DNA of 64,000 nt, taken from Eledone cirrhosa. Lineage: Eukaryota. This document shows positions 12,301 to 23,728 of the stretch, one piece after another. The position numbers and the translations under genes are program-made. The stretch is from assembly GCA_964016885.1 (NCBI GenBank), contig CAXHJY010000889.1, positions 1-64,000 of the forward strand, written 5' to 3'. The notes below the pieces were generated by a model. It searched no databases. It had not been told where the DNA came from and saw only the letters and a program-made list of their open reading frames with translations. Each line of letters opens with the position of its first letter. The stretch's first letter is position 1.

Positions 12301-15300
12301 TTTCGAAAAAAGCAATTTGGAAAACGCATATTAATTTTTTTTCGAAAACCTTATATAATCGATTTTTTTATACTTTTAGAAATATTTATATCCAATTTCA
12401 AATATTGATTTTTTTAGGTCTTTCGAAAACCTTATATAATCAAATTTTTTTAGTTTTTTCGAAAAAGAGTTCATAGTCGAAATATATACTTCCGCATTAA
12501 TCTTTTTACGTTTTTCTGATTTTTTGCATGTTTCGAAATATAAAAAGACCGTAAAAAATTAATGCTTTTACAAATCTTTAGAAATATTTACTTTCTGGTT
12601 TCAAATTTTGCAGATTAAATTTTTTTCGAAAAACCTAAAAAATCAGTTTTCGAAATCAGAAGTTAATATTTCGAAATATTGATTTTTTTTTAGGTTTTTC
12701 GAAAACCTTATATAATTAATTTTTTTTAGGTTTTTCGAAAAAGAGTTCATATATACTTCTGCATTAATCTTTTTACGTTTTTCTGATTTTTTGCATGTTT
12801 CGAAATCTAAAAAAAACTTTAAAAATTAATGCTTTTACAAATCTTTAGAAATATTTACTTTCTGGTTTCAAATTTTGCAGATTAAATTTCTTTCCAAAAA
12901 CCTAAAAAAATCAGTTTTCAAAATCAGAAGTTAATATTTCGAAAAACGCAATTTGAAAAACGCATATTAATTTTTTTTATACTTTTATATCTGATTTTTT
13001 TATACTTTTATATCAGATTTTTTTATACTTTTATATCAGATTTTTTTATACTTTTATATCTGATTTTTTTATACTTTTATATCTGATTTCAAATATTGAT
13101 TTTTTTAGGTTTTTCGAAAACTTTATATAATCAATTTTTTTTAGTTTTTTCTAAAAAGAGTACATAGTCGAAATATATACTTCCGCATTAATCTTTTTAC
13201 GTCTTTCTGATTTTTTGCATGTTTCGAAATCTAAAAAAAACGTAACAAATTAATGCTTTTACAAATCTTTCGAAATATCTACTTCCTGGTTTCAAATTTT
13301 GCAGATTAAACTCTTTTCGAAAAACCTAAAAAAATCAGTTTTCGAAATCAGAAGTTAATACTTCGAAAAACACAATTTGAAAAACGCAATTTGAAAAACA
13401 CATATTAATTTTTTTTCGAAAACTTTATATAATCAATTTTTTTATACTTTTAAAAATATTTATATCTGATTTCAAATATTGATTTTTTTAGGTTTTTCGA
13501 AACCTTATATAATCAATTTTTTTTAGTTTTTTCGAAATATATACTTCTGCATTAATCTTTTTACGTTATTCTGATGTTTTGCATATTTCGAAATCTAAAA
13601 AAAATGTAAAAATTTAATGCTTTTACAAATCTTTAGAAATATTTACTTTCTGGTTTCAAATTTTGCAGATTAAATTTTTTTCGAAAAACCTAAAAAAATC
13701 ATTTTTTGAAATGAGAAGTTAATATTTCGGAAAATGCAATTCGGAAAACGCATATTAATTTTTTTTCGAAAACCTTATATAATCAATTTTTTAATACTTT
13801 TATATCTGATTTTTTTATACTTTTATATCTGATTTCAAATATTGATTTTTTTAGGTCTTTCGAAAACCTTATATAATCAAATTTTTTTAGTTTTTTCGAA
13901 AAAGAGTTCATAGTCGAAATATATACTTCCGCATTAATCTTTTTACGTTTTTCTGATTTTTTGCATGTTTCGAAATCTAAAAAAACCGTAAAAAATTAAT
14001 GCTTTTACAAATCTTTAGAAATATTTACTTTCTGGTTTCAAATTTTGCAGATTAAATTTTTTTCGAAAAACCTAAAAAATCAGTTTTCGAAATCAGAAGT
14101 TAATATTTCGAAATATTGATTTTTTTTAGGTTTTTCGAAAACCTTATATAATTAATTTTTTTTAGGTTTTTCGAAAAAGAGTTCATATATACTTCTGCAT
14201 TAATCTTTTTACGTTTTTCGGTTTTTTTGCATGTAAATCTAAAAAAAACGTAACAAATTAATGCTTTTACAAATCTTTCGAAATATCTACTTCCTGGTTT
14301 CAAATTTTGCAGATTAAACTTTTTTCGAAAAACCTAAAAAAATCAGTTTTGGAAATCAGAAGTTAATATTTCGAAAAACGCAATTTGAAAAACGCAATTT
14401 GAAAAACACATATTAATTTTTTTTCGAAAACTTTATATAATCAATTTTTTTATACTTTTAAAAATATTTATATCTGATTTCAAATATTGATTTTTTTAGG
14501 TTTTTCGGAACCTTATATAATCAATTTTTTTAGGTTTTTCGAAATATATACTTCTGCATTAATCTTTTTACGTTATTCTGATTTGCATATTTCGAAATCT
14601 AAAAAAAACGTAAAAAATTGATTTTACAAATAATCAATTTTTTTATACTTTTAGAAATATTTATATCTTATTTCAAATATTGATTTTTTAGGTTTTTCGA
14701 AAAAATTGATTATATAAATAATCAATTTTTTTTAGGTTTTTCGAAAAAAGAATGACTGTGAGTCATAGTCGAAATATATACTTCTGTATTAATCTTTTTA
14801 CGTTTTTCAGATTTTTTGCATGTTTCGAAATCTAAAAAAAACGTAAAAAATTAATGCTTTTACAAATCTTTAGAAATATTTACTTTCTGGTTTCAAATTT
14901 TGCAGATTAAATTTTTTTCGAAAAACCTAAAAAAATCAGTTTTCGAAATCAGAAGTTAATATTTCGGAAAATGCAATTTGGAAAACGCATATTAATTTTT
15001 TTTCGAAAACCTTATATAATCGATTTTTTTATACTTTTAGAAATATTTATATCCGATTTCAAATATTGATTTTTTTAGGTTTTTCGAAAACCTTATATAA
15101 TCAATTTTTTTATACTTTTATATCTGATTTCAAATATTGATTTTTTTAGGTTTTTCGAAAACCTTATATAATCAATTTTTTTTAGTTTTTTCGAAAAAGA
15201 GTTCATAGTCGAAATATATACTTCCGCATTAATCTTTTTACGTTTTTCTGATTTTTTGCATGTTTCGAAATCTAACAAAAACGTAAAAAATTAATGCTTT

Positions 15301-18300
15301 TACAAATCTTTAGAAATATTTACTTTCTGGTTTCAAATTTTGCAGATTAAATTTTTTTCGAAAAACCTAAAAAATCAGTTTTCGAAATCAGAAGTTAATA
15401 TTTCGAAATATTGATTTTTTTTAGGTTTCGAAAACCTTATATAATTAATTTTTTTTATGTTTTTCGAAAAAGAGTTCATATATACTTCTGCATTAATCTT
15501 TTTACGTTTTTCGGTTTTTTTGCATGTAAATCTAAAAAAAACGTAACAAATTAATGCTTTTACAAATCTTTCGAAATATCTACTTCCTGGTTTCAAATTT
15601 TGCAGATTAAACTTTTTTCGAAAAACCTAAAAAAATCAGTTTTCGAAATCAGAAGTTAATACTTCGAAAAACGCAATTTGAAAAACGCAATTTGAAAAAC
15701 ACATATTAATTTTTTTTCGAAAACTTTATATAATCAATTTTTTTATACTTTTAAAAATATTTATATCTGATTTCAAATATTGATTTTTTTAGGTTTTTCG
15801 GAACCTTATATAATCAATTTTTTTTAGGTGTTTCGAAATATATACTTCTGCATTAATCTTTTTACGTTATTCTGATTTTTTGCATATATCGAAATCTAAA
15901 AAAAACGTAAAAATTTAATGCTTTTACAAATCTTTAGAAATATTTACTTTCTGGTTTCAAATTTTGCAGATTAAATTTTTTTCGAAAAACCTAAAAAAAA
16001 TCAGTTTTCGAAATCAGAAGTTAATATGCAATTTGGAAAACGCATATTAATTTTTTTTCGAAAACCTTATATAATCGATTTTTTTATACTTTTAGAAATA
16101 TTTATATCCGATTTCAAATATTGATTTTTTTAGGTTTTTCGAAAACCTTATATAATCAATTTTTTTATACTTTTATATCTGATTTCAAATATTGATTTTT
16201 TTAGGTTTTTCGAAAACCTTATATAATCAATTTTTTTTAGTTTTTTCTAAAAAGAGTTCATAGTCGAAATATATACTTCCGCATTAATCTTTTTACGTTT
16301 TTCTGATTTTTTGCATGTTTCGAAATCTAAAAAAAACGTAAAAAATTAATGCTTTTACAAATCTTTAGAAATATTTACTTTCTGGTTTCAAATTTTGCAG
16401 ATTAAATTTTTTTCGAAAAACCTAAAAAATCAGTTTTCGAAATCAGAAGTTAATATTTCGAAATATTGATTTTTTTTAGGTTTTTCGAAAACCTTATATA
16501 ATTAATTTTTTTTATGTTTTTCGAAAAAGAGTTCATATATACTTCTGCATTAATCTTTTTGCGTTTTTCGGTTTTTTTGCATGTAAATCTAAAAAAAACG
16601 TAACAAATTAATGCTTTTACAAATCTTTCGAAATATCTACTTCCTGGTTTCAAATTTTGCAGATTAAACTTTTTTCGAAAAACCTAAAAAAATCAGTTTT
16701 CGAAATCAGAAGTTAATACTTCGAAAAACGCAATTTGAAAAACACATATTAATTTTTTTTCGAAAACTTTATATAATCAATTTTTTTATACTTTTAAAAA
16801 TATTTATATCTGATTTCAAATATTGATTTTTTTAGGTTTTTCGGAACCTTATATAATCAATTTTTTTTAGGTTTTTCGAAATATATACTTCTGCATTAAT
16901 CTTTTTACGTTATTCTGATTTTTTGCATATTTCGAAATCTAAAAAAAACGTAAAAATTTAATGCTTTTACAAATCTTTCGAAATATTTACTTTCTGGTTT
17001 CAAATTTTGTAGATTAAATTTTTTTCGAAAAACCTAAAAAAATCAGTTTTCGAAATCAGAAGTTAATATTTCGAAAAAAGCAATTTGGAAAACGCATATT
17101 AATTTTTTTTCGAAAACCTTATATAATCGATTTTTTTATACTTTTAGAAATATTTATATCCAATTTCAAATATTGATTTTTTTAGGTCTTTCGAAAACCT
17201 TATATAATCAAATTTTTTTAGTTTTTTCGAAAAAGAGTTCATAGTCGAAATATATACTTCCGCATTAATCTTTTTACGTTTTTCTGATTTTTTGCATGTT
17301 TCGAAATATAAAAAGACCGTAAAAAATTAATGCTTTTACAAATCTTTAGAAATATTTACTTTCTGGTTTCAAATTTTGCAGATTAAATTTTTTTCGAAAA
17401 ACCTAAAAAATCAGTTTTCGAAATCAGAAGTTAATATTTCGAAATATTGATTTTTTTTTAGGTTTTTCGAAAACCTTATATAATTAATTTTTTTTAGGTT
17501 TTTCGAAAAAGAGTTCATATATACTTCTGCATTAATCTTTTTACGTTTTTCTGATTTTTTGCATGTTTCGAAATCTAAAAAAAACTTTAAAAATTAATGC
17601 TTTTACAAATCTTTAGAAATATTTACTTTCTGGTTTCAAATTTTGCAGATTAAATTTCTTTCCAAAAACCTAAAAAAATCAGTTTTCAAAATCAGAAGTT
17701 AATATTTCGAAAAACGCAATTTGAAAAACGCATATTAATTTTTTTTATACTTTTATATCTGATTTTTTTATACTTTTATATCAGATTTTTTTATACTTTT
17801 ATATCAGATTTTTTTATACTTTTATATCTGATTTCAAATATTGATTTTTTTAGGTTTTTCGAAAACTTTATATAATCAATTTTTTTTAGTTTTTTCTAAA
17901 AAGAGTACATAGTCGAAATATATACTTCCGCATTAATCTTTTTACGTCTTTCTGATTTTTTGCATGTTTCGAAATCTAAAAAAAACGTAACAAATTAATG
18001 CTTTTACAAATCTTTCGAAATATCTACTTCCTGGTTTCAAATTTTGCAGATTAAACTCTTTTCGAAAAACCTAAAAAAATCAGTTTTCGAAATCAGAAGT
18101 TAATACTTCGAAAAACACAATTTGAAAAACGCAATTTGAAAAACACATATTAATTTTTTTTCGAAAACTTTATATAATCAATTTTTTTATACTTTTAAAA
18201 ATATTTATATCTGATTTCAAATATTGATTTTTTTAGGTTTTTCGAAACCTTATATAATCAATTTTTTTTAGTTTTTTCGAAATATATACTTCTGCATTAA

Positions 18301-18844
18301 TCTTTTTACGTTATTCTGATGTTTTGCATATTTCGAAATCTAAAAAAAATGTAAAAATTTAATGCTTTTACAAATCTTTAGAAATATTTACTTTCTGGTT
18401 TCAAATTTTGCAGATTAAATTTTTTTCGAAAAACCTAAAAAAATCATTTTTTGAAATGAGAAGTTAATATTTCGGAAAATGCAATTCGGAAAACGCATAT
18501 TAATTTTTTTTCGAAAACCTTATATAATCAATTTTTTAATACTTTTATATCTGATTTTTTTATACTTTTATATCTGATTTCAAATATTGATTTTTTTAGG
18601 TCTTTCGAAAACCTTATATAATCAAATTTTTTTAGTTTTTTCGAAAAAGAGTTCATAGTCGAAATATATACTTCCGCATTAATCTTTTTACGTTTTTCTG
18701 ATTTTTTGCATGTTTCGAAATCTAAAAAAACCGTAAAAAATTAATGCTTTTACAAATCTTTAGAAATATTTACTTTCTGGTTTCAAATTTTGCAGATTAA
18801 ATTTTTTTCGAAAAACCTAAAAAATCAGTTTTCGAAATCAGAAG
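9329..18844. repeat. Two tandem copies of a ~4.75-kb higher-order repeat of satellite A
   Basis: The diagnostic variant ATGACTGTGAGTCAT lies at 4694, 9982, 14752 and 19497 (spacings 5288, 4770, 4745). Identical pseudo-ORFs lie at 4041, 9329, 14100 and 18845. Private variants (GAGTACATAG, GCAATTCGG, GTTTTCAAAATC) are shared between the two copies. Confidence 0.9.
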
Positions 18845-21800
18845 TTAATATTTCGAAATATTGATTTTTTTTAGGTTTTTCGAAAACCTTATATAATTAA
18901 TTTTTTTTAGGTTTTTCGAAAAAGAGTTCATATATACTTCTGCATTAATCTTTTTACGTTTTTCGGTTTTTTTGCATGTAAATCTAAAAAAAACGTAACA
19001 AATTAATGCTTTTACAAATCTTTCGAAATATCTACTTCCTGGTTTCAAATTTTGCAGATTAAACTTTTTTCGAAAAACCTAAAAAAATCAGTTTTGGAAA
19101 TCAGAAGTTAATATTTCGAAAAACGCAATTTGAAAAACGCAATTTGAAAAACACATATTAATTTTTTTTCGAAAACTTTATATAATCAATTTTTTTATAC
19201 TTTTAAAAATATTTATATCTGATTTCAAATATTGATTTTTTTAGGTTTTTCGGAACCTTATATAATCAATTTTTTTAGGTTTTTCGAAATATATACTTCT
19301 GCATTAATCTTTTTACGTTATTCTGATTTGCATATTTCGAAATCTAAAAAAAACGTAAAAAATTGATTTTACAAATAATCAATTTTTTTATACTTTTAGA
19401 AATATTTATATCTTATTTCAAATATTGATTTTTTAGGTTTTTCGAAAAAATTGATTATATAAATAATCAATTTTTTTTAGGTTTTTCGAAAAAAGAATGA
19501 CTGTGAGTCATAGTCGAAATATATACTTCTGTATTAATCTTTTTACGTTTTTCAGATTTTTTGCATGTTTCGAAATCTAAAAAAAACGTAAAAAATTAAT
19601 GCTTTTACAAATCTTTAGAAATATTTACTTTCTGGTTTCAAATTTTGCAGATTAAATTTTTTTCGAAAAACCTAAAAAAATCAGTTTTCGAAATCAGAAG
19701 TTAATATTTCGGAAAATGCAATTTGGAAAACGCATATTAATTTTTTTTCGAAAACCTTATATAATCGATTTTTTTATACTTTTAGAAATATTTATATCCG
19801 ATTTCAAATATTGATTTTTTTAGGTTTTTCGAAAACCTTATATAATTAATTTTTTTTATGTTTTTCGAAAAAGAGTTCATATATACTTCTGCATTAATCT
19901 TTTTACGTTTTTCGGTTTTTTTGCATGTAAATCTAAAAAAAACGTAACAAATTAATGCTTTTACAAATCTTTCGAAATATCTACTTCCTGGTTTCAAATT
20001 TTGCAGATTAAACTTTTTTCGAAAAACCTAAAAAAATCAGTTTTCGAAATCAGAAGTTAATACTTCGAAAAACGCAATTTGAAAAACGCAATTTGAAAAA
20101 CACATATTAATTTTTTTTCGAAAACTTTATATAATCAATTTTTTTATACTTTTAAAAATATTTATATCTGATTTCAAATATTGATTTTTTTAGGTTTTTC
20201 GGAACCTTATATAATCAATTTTTTTTAGGTTTTTCGAAATATATACTTCTGCATTAATCTTTTTACGTTATTCTGATTTTTTGCATATTTCGAAATCTAA
20301 AAAAAACGTAAAAATTTAATGCTTTTACAAATCTTTCGAAATATTTACTTTCTGGTTTCAAATTTTGTAGATTAAATTTTTTTCGAAAAACCTAAAAAAA
20401 TCAGTTTTCGAAATCAGAAGTTAATATTTCGAAAAAAGCAATTTGGAAAACGCATATTAATTTTTTTTCGAAAACCTTATATAATCGATTTTTTTATACT
20501 TTTAGAAATATTTATATCCGATTTCAAATATTGATTTTTTTAGGTCTTTCGAAAACCTTATATAATCAAATTTTTTTAGTTTTTTCGAAAAAGAGTTCAT
20601 AGTCGAAATATATACTTCCGCATTAATCTTTTTACGTTTTTCTGATTTTTTGCATGTTTCGAAATCTAAAAAGACCGTAAAAAATTAATGCTTTTACAAA
20701 TCTTTAGAAATATTTACTTTCTGGTTTCAAATTTTGCAGATTAAATTTTTTTCGAAAAACCTAAAAAATCAGTTTTCGAAATCAGAAGTTAATATTTCGA
20801 AATATTGATTTTTTTTAGGTTTTTCGAAAACCTTATATAATTAATTTTTTTTAGGTTTTTCGAAAAAGAGTTCATATATACTTCTGCATTAATCTTTTTA
20901 CGTTTTTCGGTTTTTTTGCATGTAAATCTAAAAAAAACCTAACAAATTAATGCTTTTACAAATCTTTCGAAATATCTACTTCCTGGTTTCAAATTTTGCA
21001 GATTAAACTTTTTTCGAAAAACCTAAAAAATCAGTTTTCGAAATCAGAAGTTAATATTTCGAAATATTGATTTTTTTTTAGGTTTTTCGAAAACCTTATA
21101 TAATTAATTTTTTTTAGGTTTTTCGAAAAAGAGTTCATATATACTTCTGCATTAATCTTTTTACGTTTTTCTGATTTTTTGCATATTTCGAAATCTAAAA
21201 AAAACGTAAAAATTTAATGCTTTTACAAATCTTTCGAAATATTTACTTTCTGGTTTCAAATTTTGTAGATTAAATTTTTTTCGAAAAACCTAAAAAAATC
21301 AGTTTTCGAAATCAGAAGTTAATATTTAGAAAAAAGCAATTTGGAAAACGCATATTAATTTTTTTTCGAAAACCTTATATAATCGATTTTTTTATACTTT
21401 TAGAAATATTTATATCCGATTTCAAATATTGATTTTTTTAGGTTTTTCGAAAACCTTATATAATCAATTTTTTTATACTTTTATATCTGATTTCAAATAT
21501 TGATTTTTTTAGGTTTTTCGAAAACCTTATATAATCAATTTTTTTTAGTTTTTTCTAAAAAGAGTTCATAGTCGAAATATATACTTCCGCATTAATCTTT
21601 TTACGTTTTTCTGATGTTTTGCATGTTTCGAAATCTAACAAAAACGTAAAAAATTAATGCTTTTACAAATCTTTAGAAATATTTACTTTCTGGTTTCAAA
21701 TTTTGCAGATTAAATTTTTTTCGAAAAACCAAAAAAATCAGTTTCGAAATCAGAAGTTAATATTTCGAAATATTGATTTTTTTTAGGTTTTTCGAAAACC

Positions 21801-23728
21801 TTATATAATCAATTTTTTTATACTTTTATATCTGATTTCAAATATTGATTTTTTTAGGTTTTTCGAAAACCTTATATAATCAATTTTTTTTAGTTTTTTC
21901 TAAAAAGAGTTCATAGTCGAAATATATACTTCCGCATTAATCTTTTTACGTTTTTCTGATGTTTTGCATGTTTCGAAATCTAACAAAAACGTAAAAAATT
22001 AATGCTTTTACAAATCTTTAGAAATATTTACTTTCTGGTTTCAAATTTTGCAGATTAAATTTTTTTCGAAAAACCAAAAAAATCAGTTTCGAAATCAGAA
22101 GTTAATATTTCGAAATATTGATTTTTTTTAGGTTTTTCGAAAAAGAGTTCATATATACTTCTGCATTAATCTTTTTACGTTTTTCGGTTTTTTTGCATGT
22201 AAATCTAAAAAAAACGTAACAAATTAATACTTTTACAAATCTTTCGAAATATCTACTTCCTGGTTTCAAATTTTGCAGATTAAACTTTTTTCGAAAAACC
22301 TAAAAAAATCAGTTTTCGAAATCAGAAGTTAATATTTCGAAAAATGCAATTTGAAAAACGCATATTAATTTTTTTTCGAAAACCTTAAATAATCGATTTT
22401 TTTATACTTTTAGAAATATTTATATCTGATTTCAAATATTGATTTTTTTAGGTTTTTCGAAAACCTTATATAATCAATTTTTTTTAGTTTTTTTGAAAAA
22501 GAGTTCATAGTCGAAATATATACTTCCGCATTAATCTTTTTACGTTTTTCTGATCTTTTGCATGTTTCGAAATTTAAAAAAAACGTAAAAAATTAATGCT
22601 TTTACAAATAATCAATTTTTTTATACTTTTAGAAATATTTATATCTTATTTCAAATATTGATTTTTTAGGTTTTTCGAAAAAATTGATTATATAAATAAT
22701 CAATTTTTTTTAGGTTTTTCGAAAAAAGAATGACTGTGAGTCATAGTCGAAATATATACTTCGGCATTAATCTTTTTACGTTTTTCTGATTTTTTGCATG
22801 TTTCGAAATCTAAAAAAAAACTTAAAAAATTAATGCTTTTACAAATCTTTAGAAATATTTACTTTCTGGTTTCAAATTTTGCAGATTAAATTTTTTTCGA
22901 AAAACCTAAAAAATTAGTTTTCGAAATCAGAAGTTAATATTTCGAAATATTGATTTTTTTTAGGTTTTTCGAAAACCTTATATAAGTAATTTTTTTTAGG
23001 TTTTTCGAAACATTAATCTTTTTACGTTTTTTGGTTTTTTTGCATGTAAATCTAAAAAAAACGTAACAAATTAGTGCTTTTACAAATCTTTCGAAATATC
23101 TACTTCCTGGTTTCAAATTTTGCAGATTAAACTTTTTTCGAAAAACCTAAAAAAATCAGTTTTCGAAATCAGAAGTTAATACTTCGAAAAACGCAATTTG
23201 AAAAACGCAATTTGAAAAACACATTAATTTTTTTTCGAAAACTTTATATCAATTTTTTTATACTTTTAAAAATATTTATATCTGATTTCAAATATTGATT
23301 TTTTTAGGTTTTTCGAAATATATACTTCTGCATTAATCTTTTTACGTTATTCTGATTTTTTGCATATTTCGAAATCTAAAAAAAACGTAAAAATTTAATG
23401 CTTTTACAAATCTTTCGAAATATTTACTTTCTGGTTTCAAATTTTGCAGATTAAATTTTTTTCGAAAAACCTAAAAAAATCAGTTTTCGAAATTAGAAGT
23501 TAATATTTTGGAAAATGCAATTTGGAAAACGCATATTAATTTTTTTTCGAAAACCTTATATAATCGATTTTTTTATACTTTTAGAAATATTTATATCTGA
23601 TTTCAAATATTGATTTTTTTATAAAAATCAGTTTTTGAATTCAGAAGTTAATATTTCGAAAAACGCAAATCAATTTGTTTATACTTTTAGAAATATTTAT
23701 AACTGATTTCAAATATTGATTTTTTTTA

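Larger units (their letters stand above)
1..23728. repeat. AT-rich satellite A, array 1 (monomer classes ~263, ~360, ~440-490 bp)
   Basis: The anchor GAAATCAGAAGTT(A/C)ATA, or a close variant, recurs at 34, 297, 653, 1092, 1355, 1719, 2181, 2443, 2711 and 3204 (spacings 263, 356, 439, 263, 364, 462, 262, 268, 493). Monomers share a 3' core (TATACTTCYGCATTAATCTTTTTACG...GCTTTTACAAATCTTT...CTGGTTTCAAATTTTGCAGATTAAA) and differ in their 5' part. Confidence 0.97.
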
